A stretch of 64,000 bases of DNA from the NCBI RefSeq assembly GCF_000372725.1, contig NW_005201392.1:723660-787659 (forward strand). The letters run 5' to 3'. This DNA is from Emiliania huxleyi CCMP1516. Taxonomy: Eukaryota. The notes under the pieces were generated by a model. It was not told the DNA's origin, searched no databases, and saw nothing but the letters and a program-made list of their open reading frames with translations. The position numbers and the translations under genes were made by a program. Below, in pieces: positions 1 through 11,592 of the stretch. Every line of letters begins with the position of its first letter. The first letter of the stretch is position 1.

Positions 1-1560
1 TCTCATATGCAAGCACAGAGTCTCCGCGGCGCAGCCTATGGTCGAGAGATCGCCGAGGTTCCACCACGACACGGGCGAAGTTTGGGGTCCAGCCAGCTGC
101 CCGCTGAACGGCCACATCGCGTTTCGGGTGTCAATGTACGAGATGGCCACGCCGTCCTGGTGCGCCTGGGGACGAGCGGAGCGAGGGGAGTCGGAGCGTG
201 AGCTCACGCTAGGCTTTTACTCTCCTGCTCAGCTTGCGCTTGGGTCGATGGGACTGACAGAAGGCCTAGCGCCGGACCTCGAAGCAGCGGTGGAGAAGGC
301 CCGGCCCGGACAGCTGCAGCGCGCCGCCTTCGCCGCCGGCGACGTTTGCCGCCCGCTCGCGCACATTCACAACGATGTGGTCGATCATACACTTTGCGAG
401 CGGTGAGTGCGGCGCGGCGGCAAGCACCTTCAGCCGCATGACTGACCTCAATGCCATCGCCAAGCTGAGCCGAGACGGCCCGAGACGGGCCGCGAGAGAG
501 GCTTTGCTTGCTTAGCGCGAGAGAGAGAGATCTAATGTCCGAATATCTCGAACGGACCTTCATCTGCTTGCCAGGGAAGGGGTCCCTCTGGTCGAGGTCG
601 CCACCGCTTCCGATTTGCGGCTGGTCGTGGCCGAGCGTAAAGCCGCTGCACGGCGAGTACAGTTCGGTCAACGGCAGGAGTGGGACCTAGGAACAAGAGC
701 ATAAAATGAGCCAGTGCTGCGCACAGCAGAGTTGGGTCAGTGCAATAGCACGATGTCAGCGTCGAGGTAGACGCCACCGTCGGCGTAGAGCGCGGCGAAG
801 CGAAAGAGGTCAGCGCGCCTGCTCAGGCAGAGCGACCGTGAAAGCTCATCCGCCGACACCAGGCCGCTCGAGAAGCCGCACCACGCTGGAGCGTTGAGGC
901 AGCGGTACGCCTTTGCTGCGGCGATGCCCACGTTCCTCCGGACGTACTCGTGCGCCTCCGAGTCGTTGAGGTGGTGGAAGCGGAAGGAAGGGTTGGTGAG
1001 GGCGACGCTCTGCTGCACATAGCCGGACGCGCCGGCGGAGACCGAGTGCACTATCCGCGGCACCACCTGGCCGGGTGGGGCTTCGATCCGTTTGTTACCG
1101 TGCGTTGTCACACCACCGGGCATCGTGGGGCTCCCGGGTGTGCGCGGCGGAGGTGGGGGTGTGGTCTCTACTCGCACGGCGGCCCACCTCGCTCAGCCCC
1201 GCGCAGTCGGGCATCACAATCGGGGAGGTGATGTACTTGCGGCAAAACGCGCGGAGCTTCTCGCGCCGCTCCTACAGGACATCGAGATACCCAGTAGCTC
1301 CACACTCGACTATGCGCGCGTGCTCGCGCGGCTCCGCGCTCCTTGCTCAGCGCATACGGTAGCAGGTCGGAGCTCATCTGTTGTCTGCAGAACCACTCAG
1401 TCGCAATCAGCTTCTGCGCCTCGCCCTCCTTCTGCCGCACCACGCAGCACGGGTACTCTGCGCCCTCGCCGCACGGCGCCGGCAGCCGGCACCGCCGGCA
1501 TTTCGAGTACCGCGACTTTGTGTCGTTCCAGACCTTTGATGGGGAGCGAAAACGAGTGGG
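1..1560 (-). CDS. Glycosyltransferase with DXD motif (GT32 / Gly_transf_sug-like), multi-exon; both ends uncertain, 3' end may run off the window
   Basis: Exons give VPRIVH...FRFHHLND, then PAW|RADLFRFAALYADGGVYLDADIV (737-1100), GKQMK|VLAAAPHSPLAKCMIDHIV...SGPGLL (266-690). This is the typical order of GT32 motifs. Confidence 0.75.
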
Positions 1561-1620
1561 CGCCGCCGGGTGATGGACACAATCGAATGCGAAACGTGTC
1601 GTGAAGGTGCCATACCGAGA

Positions 1621-2567
1621 CTACTCAGTCACCTGCATGCGGATGTCCTTCTCGACGGCGAGGACCTCGGCGAGCGCAGGGCAGCGGTTGGAGGCGACTC
1701 TGGCGAGGCTCGCAATCAGGGCAGAGCGCAGGAGGAGAGATGGCATCGATAGATCTAGTGGAAGGCTCGGCTTGAGAGTGAGTCGCTCCGAGCGCCGCGC
1801 ACAGCGTGCGTCCCGCGAACGATCGAATGGATTAAGCTTGAAAAAGGAGGTGAAGGGAGGCTTAGCCATGCAGCTGCTGTCGAGCCGAGGCGGCGGCAGC
1901 CGCCGCAGCTGCACCGCCTCCCGTCGCGCCGCGGTCGCCGCTCCCTCAGCGCCGTCTCCGCGTCGTCACCCGCCGTAGCTTCTCCTCCGCCGCCGCTGCC
2001 CGCCCCCGAGAGTGCGGTGGCGGTGTGAGTGGTATAGTGCAAGGGAGGCGTGTGTGCGTGTCTGCCGCAGGTCGCTGCCGTTGTCTGCGCCGCGATCCGC
2101 CGCCGCGCCGCCGCGCCGCCGCCGCCTGCGCTCGCCGCCGCCTCGTAGACGACTCCTCTCGCGCTCGGAGAGCCGCGCAGCGGGCCGCGAGGTTGAGGTC
2201 AAAGTGTGCAGCAGGATTGAGATCACAAAATCGGCCAATTTTGAGGTTGCTCGAGAGAGCCTGGAAATGGTCCCGCGCCGTAGCCCCGGTGCCGGCGCAT
2301 CACCTCTCAGCCGCGAGGGGCCGGTTCTGCCGCGCAGTCGAGCAGCAGGAGCTCGGGGGCAACTTTGTCGACAAACATGTTGAGGAGAATTTCGGCTCCG
2401 CCTCTCCCTCGCGCTGGAACGGAGCACTTGTCAGACGCCCAGCTCATCCCGTGCACGCGAGCCTGCAACGGCGCTGTCGTAGTCGTTGTCACCTTCGTCG
2501 GCCGCAGAGGCGTGATGGAGTCGTTGTCATCGTCGGCTTCGAGGCTCAATTGCTGTTTTCGAGGCAA
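1621..2567 (-). CDS. Possible hypothetical protein (fragmented, probably spliced)
   Basis: Minus-strand ORF pieces 2307-2567 and 1621-1914 have protein-like composition. No recognisable motif. Confidence 0.25.
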
Positions 2568-2602
2568 CTTTTTTTCTTCAAGAGTTTAGAGCGTTTCGAG
2601 CG

Positions 2603-3833
2603 ATGAACGCGTCGACGCCGGTCCTGCTGGTCCTGGTGGCGCTCTGGTATGGCTCGAGCGCCGCCTGCACTACGACCTCCAAGCAGCTGCTTGCGCTGCT
2701 CTCGCCGCAGCACTGCGCGCTGCAGCTGACGAGTGTGCAGTTCGGCGTTGCGATGCTCGCTGCGGCAGTGGTAAGCTTCTGCTCCGGCAAGATGCCGCTG
2801 CTGCCGTACTGCGTCTGGCCTCTCGCCGGCGCCATCGCCCTCTCCTACACGGCGGGCTTCGTGCTGCTCAACCTGTCGCTGCTCTACATCCACGCCTCGC
2901 TTGCGGAGACTGTGCGCGGGCTCGAGCCGCTCTGCTCCGCCGCCATCGCTTGCGCCCTTGGCGTGCGGGGGGGGCGGCTGAGCGCCAGGGCGCTGCTCGC
3001 CCTCGTGGCGCTGGTGGTCGGCGGCACGCTATCTGCCCTCTCCCAGCCCGCCTCCGAGCGAAGCGAAGGCTTCTACCTCGGCCTGCTGCTCGCCAACGGC
3101 GCGAACCTCGCCTTCGCCTTCCGCGGCACACTAACCACCGCCGCGCAGGACTTGCTCGCCGCAGAGAACGAGCGCCCGCTCGACGCCAACGCCATCTTTC
3201 TCTACCAGCACGCGATGGGCTTCGCCGCGACGGTCCTCCTCTCGGTCGGCGCGGGCGGCTACCCGTCACGCCTCGTCTCGGGCGAGTCGCGCGAGGTTGT
3301 GATGCTCCTCGCTTCGTCGGCGAGCGCCTTCTTCGCGTACAACCGCCTCTCGCTCGCAGTCCTGCTCCGGCTCAACGCTGTCTCGCACTCGGTGTGCAAC
3401 GCGCTGCGCCGCGCCGTGACCGTCGCCGCGGCGACACTCATCTTTGGGAACGCCGTCACGCTCCTCTCTCTCACCGCAATCGGGCTAGTCGTCGGCGGCT
3501 CGGGAGGCTACGCCCTCGCCGTCGCCGCCGACAAGGCGGCGGCTGCGCGGGGCAAGGAGGCGCGCGCGCGCATCAGCGCGTACCCCTCCGAGACGGAGGT
3601 GGAGGAAAGCTAGAAGCGGAAGCCGCTCTACACATCGTATTCGGAGCCCTCGTACTCACGCGGTGCTGCGAATGCACGGCGCGAGGCGGTGTCCCCGCCA
3701 CGAGGCCGGTGTACTCACGCACGAACACAACCCCGGGCCCTTCACGCTGCAGGAGGACGACCCGGCCCGAGCGCGCACTCCCTCTCCGTCAAAGGACGAG
3801 GCGCCCCTATTGCCGGCAAAGGAGCCCGCCTGA
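2603..3833 (+). CDS. Triose-phosphate/nucleotide-sugar transporter (TPT, DMT superfamily); probable last intron 3599-3752
   Basis: About 10 hydrophobic segments and motifs LWYGSS, SLAETVRGLEP, AVSHSVCNALRR. The apparent stop at 3611-3613 lies in an introner-like insert. Splicing 3599-3752 adds EDDPARARTPSPSKDEAPLLPAKEPA* (stop 3831-3833). Confidence 0.85.
3599..3752 (+). mobile_element. Introner-like intron (CTAGAAG family) in the TPT gene
   Basis: CTAGAAGCGGAAG at 3610 and CCCTCGTACTCACGCGGTGCT near 3647 match the GPI intron family. Ends in CTGCAG, and the reading frame continues after it. Confidence 0.65.
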
Positions 3834-4521
3834 CGGAGGCCGTAGCCGTTAGGCGGCCCGAGCCGCTCTCCCTTGGCCACGTCGCGCGCCGCTTGCGCGA
3901 TGTCGTCTTGAGGCGTTGTGTGTGTGCATTGCCTGCGGCTGCGCGGATGTTCAGGTGTATTGGTTGCGGCTGTCTGCGAACATATTGTGCGGCCCGCCCC
4001 GCCACTGTGATGTGTTCTGACCCCCCCCCCCCATCCGACGGTCCTCCATGTGTTGTGTCATCTCCCCCCGGCTTTATTTATTGTGGAGATTGGTGATTGC
4101 GTCTACTTGAGTCTCACCATGAGATATCCACAATCCTGAATCCAGATTGCAGTTCGTTGGCTTTAATCCCTACAGACGAGTAACGTATATGCAGAATTGC
4201 AGTAGGGTGTACACAGTCCTCAGCGTCGGGGAGGAGTACACTTACGAGTTACGTTAGTCTACGGCCGCTACGCGAGTCTTTTCCCTCTCGAGCTGCGGGT
4301 GCAGCAGCCTGGGAGCTCGAGCTCGGGCGGACACCCCACGCCGCGCACTATCGTCTCGCCCTCCCTCACACAGCGAGATTCTCCGCCCTCCGGGGCTCGG
4401 TGTCGCCACAGCCCGACGCACACTACCGTACAGTTAACAAAACACCCTCCGGCACCCCAGCCTGCCTTGTCGCTCCAGCCTCCACGCCCCAATACAGCCC
4501 TACGAAGGTCGTAGGCTCTAG

Positions 4522-4863
4522 CTAGTACTCCACCGCAGAGGCGTCGTCCGCCAGCGCCACCTCCCAACCTCCTTGCGCCTCATCGTCCATTGCGGGAGGC
4601 TGCTGTGCGGCGGAGAAGCGCGAGAAGGCGAAGTTGGTCTCGAACGGGTCTGCCACCTCGTACATGGCCGCCGAGCCCTCGATCGCGCCCTCCCCATTCG
4701 CGCTCGTCTTGAAGGTGCCCTCTTGTGGGTGGTGATCCTTGGCTCCGAAGCGCGGCGAGGCGGAGGAGAAGGCCTGTCCGACGATGCCTACAGGCGGGCC
4801 GGCGAGTTCACCACACTCCAGTGCAACGGGAGGAGCATGGTCGTCTGCTCGGCGATTTTGCAT
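4522..4863 (-). CDS. Small hypothetical protein
   Basis: ATG-initiated ORF with GC3-biased codons. No recognised domain. Confidence 0.35.
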   Translation of the reverse strand: MQNRRADDHAPPVALECGELAGPPVGIVGQAFSSASPRFGAKDHHPQEGTFKTSANGEGAIEGSAAMYEVADPFETNFAFSRFSAAQQPPAMDDEAQGGWEVALADDASAVEY

Positions 4864-5396
4864 GCGGGAGCGCACGCGCCGGGTTGGTGCCGTAAAGTGC
4901 TGGCTTCCGCTGGGGCGGAAGTTCAAAGTTCACGCACTACCTGCACCTGTCTGTACCTGAAGAGGTATTTTCTTCTCAAAACAAGGGGGACCCCATCCCA
5001 GGGCCTCCAGGGCTCGCACATCAACCGCTCATAGACCAGCGCGCATCCCATAGGAGGCTCCCCCCCCCCCCCCCCGCCCGCCTTGCTTGCTATTTCCTTC
5101 TCAATAACAAGGTCTGTGAAGTCTGACGAACTGAATAGCATTTGCCTCAGCGGGCAGCGATTAGCTCTCACCGTGTATCGCTCGCCTGAGGGGGGCGACG
5201 AGCCCGCCTTTCTGATATCCGCCCTATCAAATCTCATCCATCCGCGAGGAGGACGCAAAACAGCTGAGCGACGCGGACCCCTGCGGTTCATCGACCGTGG
5301 TGGCTGGACGAGCTCTTGCGCTTCCGACCGTGGCGGCTTGGTGCTTTGCCGAACCGCGCCCAACGGATATGCTTTGCCGAACCGCGCCCAACGGAT

Positions 5397-6833
5397 ATGC
5401 TGCCGATTTTACCGCACACAGCATTCGGCTATTGCATTGGGCTGCCGCCAGTCTCGTGCTCCGGTGAGTGTGAGCACAGGCACGAGCGAGCCGTGGCTGA
5501 TTCGTCGTCCGCCGCGGCGCACTTCCTCGGCACAGACTCGATGTGGCCCAACGCCGCCGAGGCGTTGCCGCCGGTTGGGGCGTGCGAGGGCGATGGGGAG
5601 GAGCAGACGTTCCGGCGATCGTGCAACAGGACGATCTTGGCCTTTGACGCTCACCTGCGAAGCACACACCTCCGGCACGCCCTGCTCTGGAGCTTTGAGG
5701 GCAAGTCGGACTGGGGGTGGGGGCACGCGCTACCGATGGCCGCGATGCTGCACGTTGTGTGCCGCAAGCTGCACCGATACTGCCACATCGACATGTACGA
5801 CATGCGCCTCGGCCTCTTCCTGCGCTACGCCAACAAGTTGTCCTGGGCTCCGCCTTCGGACGCCGAGCGGAGCCGGTTCCGGAACGTGACGGTGGTGCAG
5901 GTCGACGCCAACGCGCTGATGCGGCACCCCTCTGGTGTGATTGCCCAGCTGACTCGCTACCGCGCCGCCGACCTCGTCATCGCCCGCTACCGGGGCGCGA
6001 TGCCGGGCAACTCGGAGAAGTGGCTCCCGTGGTGGCTGCCTATGCGGATGCGGGGCAGCCACCTCTCGCAGACGCTCGTGCCCGACCGCTGCTTCAACCG
6101 GTACTTTACGGCGCCCAGCGAGGCGCTGCGGCGACAGCTCGATGCGCGCGGCGAGACCCACTTCGACGCCGTCTTCCACCTGCGGACCATGTACGCCGAC
6201 GTTTCCCCGCAGCTCAACCGACCCGAGCCCAACCGTGCGAGCGCGCAGAGGCACGCGGCGCGGTGGCTGGGCGAGGCGTGCAGCGTGGCGGGCCTCGCGC
6301 GCTTCGCGCAGGCGGGCGTCCTCGCCCTCTCCGATAGCCCGGGCATCCTGCAGCACCTCCGCCGCGCCAACCCGCGGCTGGCCGTCTCTGCCGTGGTCGA
6401 CATCCCCGCGGGCGACTCCACGCGGTCGTGGCGCGCTTCCGAGGCTGCGGTGCTCGCGACGGTGCTGGACGTGCAGCGGTCGTCGCTGGCGAGCAGCGCA
6501 CAAGTGAGCAGCTCCGGCTTCCTGAAGGCGGCCGCGATCCGCTCGATGTGCCTCCGTAAGCTGACCGCCATCGAGGGGTCGCACGAGGGCGCCTGTCCCG
6601 AGTGGCCGCGAACGTTCGTGCGCGACCTCCCCAAGTACCTCCCGCTCGGTCGCCACTCCCAAATCTTCTCGAGCTGCGTGGAGCGGCAGCTGGGGCGCTC
6701 GCACCCGTGCAAGAATGCCAGCGCCCTGGTGTGCCGTGAGTCGTACCTCGCGGCGACGCGGAAGAGCCTCTCCCTCGCCGTCGCCCCCGCGGCGCATACC
6801 CAGAACGCGGGGGGGATTAAGCCTGTTGGGTAG
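5397..6833 (+). CDS. Hypothetical protein (~480 aa), possibly glycan-modifying
   Basis: Long ORF with strong GC3 bias. Motifs DWGWGH, VFHLRT and LALSDSP are weakly reminiscent of fucosyltransferase-like folds (inference). A 28-bp tandem duplication at 5342-5397 makes the start uncertain. Confidence 0.6.
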   Translation: MLPILPHTAFGYCIGLPPVSCSGECEHRHERAVADSSSAAAHFLGTDSMWPNAAEALPPVGACEGDGEEQTFRRSCNRTILAFDAHLRSTHLRHALLWSFEGKSDWGWGHALPMAAMLHVVCRKLHRYCHIDMYDMRLGLFLRYANKLSWAPPSDAERSRFRNVTVVQVDANALMRHPSGVIAQLTRYRAADLVIARYRGAMPGNSEKWLPWWLPMRMRGSHLSQTLVPDRCFNRYFTAPSEALRRQLDARGETHFDAVFHLRTMYADVSPQLNRPEPNRASAQRHAARWLGEACSVAGLARFAQAGVLALSDSPGILQHLRRANPRLAVSAVVDIPAGDSTRSWRASEAAVLATVLDVQRSSLASSAQVSSSGFLKAAAIRSMCLRKLTAIEGSHEGACPEWPRTFVRDLPKYLPLGRHSQIFSSCVERQLGRSHPCKNASALVCRESYLAATRKSLSLAVAPAAHTQNAGGIKPVG

Positions 6834-7702
6834 ACGCAGCCATCTGTTTGGAGTGCGCGATGCGATATTTTCTTCTGCGAACATTCTTCCGCGCTTTGTC
6901 GGTAAAATCTAAAATTCTTCCGCCCGCGCCTTGTCTATCGCGTGAATCGTGCTAAAAGAAAGAAAGAACCGACACACCAAGGGAGGGATGGGAGGACGTG
7001 CGACTACCCCTCCGCCGATAACGATTGGGGTAGGGGCCCCAACTCGTGAGAGGCCACTAGTTTCCCGCAGGAGACTAACGGAGATCCTCTCCTCTCCTAC
7101 CTCTTCTTCTGCCTCTGCGGGACCCACGGACTCTCCGTGGACATCTTTTACTTCATCTTTACGGAAGTTCGAACTTCCGTGACGGGCGCTCTCGCCCGCT
7201 CGCTGCTCTGATGAGCGCGGCTTCCGCTGCTCTCTCCTGCTCACCTGGCCCTGACGCCGCTCCTCGTCCTTGGCCGCGCCAGGCTCTCCTACTGCGCCAG
7301 CCCTTCGGCTGCACCAGTTCTTTCTTCTCCCCGCCCACCCTATCCTGCCTACTCTTTGGCTTTGGGGTGTGGTTCTCTCTATCTGGTCCGAGGTGCGATC
7401 CCTTACGGCGCCGCGGGTGGCTGCAGGACGTTGAGGTTCCCTCCCTCCTGTAGTTACCCAAGCCGTTTGAGTCCCAACCCTCCGCCTTCAGTGGCAGGAT
7501 CCCAGGGGATGTCAGGGATACTGCGTACGTAGCCCTTCCTGGTGGAGGCGCGCGCGATTCCGTGACTCTCCTTTTACGCGCCAATGTACCCTCACCGAAG
7601 GTGCATAGGAGTGAATCCGAGTGAAAATAGTTGCCCAACCAATTTCCCCACCTTGCGCGAATGCTAAAATTCTTGTGACTCTTTGTAACAGCCTGAGCCG
7701 CC

Positions 7703-9630
7703 ATGCGGACTGGCGAGACTTGCATCGGGCTGGAGCCTCAAAGGTCGCTACTGGCCTGGCTGGCCGCCTGGCTGGTCGCCACGCCGCTCGTGTCGGCAGG
7801 CTTCGATACCTTCTCGGTCAAGTCCATCAATATTGGCTCAGCGGACCAAGTTGAATTCTACGCATTGGAAGGCACCGGCGTAGAGGACGCGCACCCCGTC
7901 TATGGCTTTGAGGCCTCCGACGGCAGCTTCATATTCTGCGGCAAGGGCTTGGAGTCGGAATCTTCGTCCGAGGCTGAAGCCTTTGCGGTCAAATTCAGTT
8001 CAACCGGCCAAACCATTTCAACGTGGCGCTCCAACCACATCGGCAAGGACGCTGCCAATGCATGTGCGCAGCTTCCTGGCGGAGGCGACGTGCTCGTTGT
8101 GGGCTATCGTCTGGTGGGCGGCGTAGCCTACCGCTCAATGACAAAGCTATCGCTGGCCACACTGGCCGAGACGTGGACCGCAACCACGTTTGGCGACTCG
8201 TCGGGCCAGCACGGCGCATGGGAAGGGATCGATTTCAGCACAGACGGTGCGACCGCGCTGCTAGCCGGCTTCTACGACAAGAGCAGCGCTGATGAGATGA
8301 GCTTTCGGTCCTACGGCAACACCGGCGGCAAAGCCGTGGTCATGGCGCTGCCAGTCACCGTCCTTAGCGGCGCCAGCGCGCCCACCGCATCCTCTGCTTC
8401 GTGGACAGCGGCCAAGGACGACCGCCACACGGCCAAGGCGGTGCGGCCGCTCTCCAACGGCGACATGGCAGTCCTGTTTTGGAAGGACAGCGCCGAGGGC
8501 GAGGAGGGCACCGACACGGCAGTGGCCAAACTTTCCGCGACGGGAGGCTTCATGTGGGGTGCGCGCGCTGCACCCGCACGGCACGCACGGCACTGGACTC
8601 ACGCAATGCTCACGCGCTTGTAGGCCCGATCGACGTGGGCTCGCAGCACGGCGAAGGCACAGAGCTGGCGGTGGCGGTGGACGAGAGCGCCGTCTTTATC
8701 AGTGGGCACGGCGGGTGCCTCGGACTCGGTGGCTTCTGCGGCAAGCTCACCAAGATTAGGGCCACCGACGGCGTCGTTTTGTGGTCACGCGCATTCTCGT
8801 CGTGCGGCAGCTATGACGCGTCGGGGGTGTATACGGGCGACGCGTGTGGCAACAACATGCTGATCAAGACCGAGTGCTGGGGTGTGCAAGCAATGAACGA
8901 CGGTGGACTTGTGCTCGCGTGTGGCACAGGCATTGAGGACTGCAGCGGCATGCAGGGACAGATGGCGATCGATTGTGCCAACGGGATCGCACTCCTCGCC
9001 GACTCGCGCGCCGGCGCGTTTGCTCGGAGCGCCGGCGTCTGGCAGAGCTTTGTCGTTCGCACGGACGCGTCGGGCGCGCTGTTGTGGCAACGCACTGACC
9101 AGTACCGCATGGATGGCGAGCCGGCGCTCGGCACGCCAGGGTGGGAGGAGGGCAGCTCCGCCTCGGAGTATGTGGCCAAGACCGCCGACGGCGGCCTGCT
9201 CTTTGTCAACGACGAGGCTAACGGCGTCGGCGTCATGAAGCTTGCCGCGCCGTTATCGCCTTCGCCCTCGCAGCCTCCACCCGCGCCATCGCCATCGCCG
9301 CCCACTCCAGAGCCGCCACCTGGACCCCAGCCGCCGCCCTGGCCAGAGGCGCCGCCTCTCGGACCTCAGCCGCCACCAGCGCCCTCGCCGCCGCCGCCCG
9401 GGCCCGAGCCACCGCAGCCTTCGCCGCCCCCACCGTCCGCACCCGCCTCATCCGGGCGCATCTGCGACGTTCCAGAGGGCGAGGAGGGATTTGACGCCTT
9501 ACCTGAAAGCTGCAGGCAACTCATCATTGGCTGCGCAGTGGGCGGGCTTGGCCTCTGCCTCTGCATCGCAGCCGTGGTCGGCTGCAAGCTCGTCTTCGGC
9601 AAGAAGACGAGACTCGCACCTTCTTATTGA
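7703..9630 (+). CDS. Secreted/type I membrane protein with Cys-rich beta-propeller-like ectodomain, Pro-rich stalk and C-terminal TM helix; intron 8559-8623
   Basis: N-terminal hydrophobic segment. A GT-AG intron joins ORFs 7703.. and ..9630 in frame (WG|PIDVG). PSPPPP repeats, then TM LIIGCAVGGLGLCLCIAAVVG followed by KK. Confidence 0.75.
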
Positions 9631-9739
9631 GAGGTTTGCACAGAGGCGGGTGTTTTTCAGAGGTGCAACTTTTCACGCAATCACGGTTGTCATATTTTGC
9701 GCGAGACTGATGTTTAGCTCTACACATACTGTCTGCACA

Positions 9740-11530
9740 TCAGGCATCGCTCCGACACTCCACACACACCCGCGGCCACGCAGTGATCAGCCGGTTCTCC
9801 GGCGTCACCGTCTGCGGCACATACGTCTGCAGCCGGACTGCGTAGCCCCGCGCGGCGAGGTAGCGCGAACGGCCGAGGTCGAGGAGCCGCTTGCAGCGAC
9901 GGCCCCACTCGGCGCGAGTCGCCCCGTCAATCACCTCGCCGAGCGCCTCCCCCAGCCGCAACACCGCCGGGTCCGCCTGCGAATGCTCGCCGTCCGTGTG
10001 CACCGCGCCGCCACCGGCGCCGCCCGCGCCGTCGGCGCCGCCGGCGCCGCCGCCACTGCCGCCCGCGCCACCGCCGCCACCGCCGCCGCCGCCCGCGCCA
10101 CCGCCGCCGCCGCCCGCGCCGCCCGCGCCGCCGCCGCCCGCAACGGTCGACGTGGCCCAGCTCGAGATGGCGGTGAGGAGCCGAAACGAGTCCTCGTCGA
10201 CGCCTGTTCACAGCGCGAGGTGTGAAGAGGCGCTGTTCACACCACGACGCGCACGCCGCCGTGCACCACCGGCCTCGCGGAGGAACTCTCTCGCGACGTA
10301 CGCGCCTACCACGGGATCAGTCTCGACCTCTGAGTCAGGCGGCGTTCTTGCGGGAGAGGCCGGGCCGCGACACGCCGCCGCGCCCCAGCTGCAGCGGTGG
10401 TGGCAGCACGTCGCAATCATCACGCCGCTCATGGCCGGCCCGTCTCCGTTCTCGGCATCGGCGACGGCGCGGAGGGCGAAGTCGGTGGCGGCGCCGCATA
10501 GGTGTTTCGCCACCGCGACACGGCGGCGGCCGCCGCTGCCCTCGCCGGCGAGATGGGAGGCGCCGCCCTCGCCGCCGCCACCCCTGCCGCCACCCCCTCC
10601 GCCGCCCTCAGCGCCGCCCTCAGCGCCGCCCTCAGCGCCGCCCTCAGCGCCGCCCTCAGCGCCTTGCCGACCGCCGCCCCACAAGCCCGGCACTCCCCGC
10701 AGCCAGAGGTGGCGTAGGTCGATCTTGTAGCGGATGGTCGAGTGGCGTTCCCGCAGCACCGCGTCGTGTGCCGCCACGGGCTTTGCCCAGTCGAGCAGCA
10801 CAAAAGCGGCGCCTGGCGCGGCTTGGCCAATGGCTGCCGAGAGGCCGCCTTTGCCGGCGCCGAGCTCGACATACACAAAGCCGCTTCCGAGCATCGAGCC
10901 TGGAGGGAGGGCTCGGAGCACCTCGAGCATCGCCTCGTGCTGCAGGCCGTGCTTCTCCTTGCCGCGCACTCGCCTGCCCCCCTCGCCGCCTCCCTCCTCC
11001 TCCGCTTCCGCCGCCGCAGCACGCGGCGGCGGCGGCGGCGGCGGCAGCGGCGGCCCCTCGTGCACAGCCTCCTCGCCGAGCGCGAGACGGACCGTTGCCA
11101 GGAGGGCGCGCACCCGCTCGGCAGACACGCGGCCGAGAGGCGGCTCGGCGCGACTCGCCACTGCGAGCGAAGCGTGCAGAGGCAGGCCCGCGATGGGTGT
11201 TGGCGCTGGCGCGGTGGCCGGCAGAGGAGCGCCCGGCGCCGTCAGCTGCTCGCCGGCGTTCACATCGCGGCGGAAGCAGGGCAGCGAAGCTTCGGCCGCC
11301 GCTTCCTTGGCCTTCGGACACACCTTCAGATGCCTCCTCAGGTCGCGAGCGAAGATGGAGTGCGCCGGATCGAGAGGACACGGGATCCGGTCGGCGGTGC
11401 CGTCGCTGCGTGCGGCGAGGTGGTGGGTGCAGTAGCGGTAGCCTGCGACGACGGAGAAGCGACAGTAGCGTCTCTTATTCGGCAGGTATAGCTCGCAGAC
11501 GCCGGGCTCCGGCAAGCAAACGCGTGCCAT
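9740..11530 (-). CDS. TRMT13: tRNA:m4X modification methyltransferase TRM13
   Basis: N-terminal CCCH zinc finger (C..YLPNKRRYC...YCTHH) and U11-48K-type finger RIPCPLDPAHSI...HLKVC. Also YVELGAGKGGLS, KIDLRHL, VAKHLCGAATDFALR, IATCCHH, GRRCKRLLDLGR and VTPEN. Confidence 0.93.
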
Positions 11531-11592
11531 GATGCAACCGGGGCGGTTCGGCGGATTGGTGGGGTGGGCGGCAGGCGAATGTGTGAGTCTGT

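Noticed and set aside
5730..6884. Long antisense or alternate-frame ORFs (also 15355-16371, 29555-31114, 32163-33455, 58818-60134)
   Set aside because: Shadow ORFs caused by high GC and GC3 bias opposite real genes. They are Arg/Ala/Gly-rich with no motifs.
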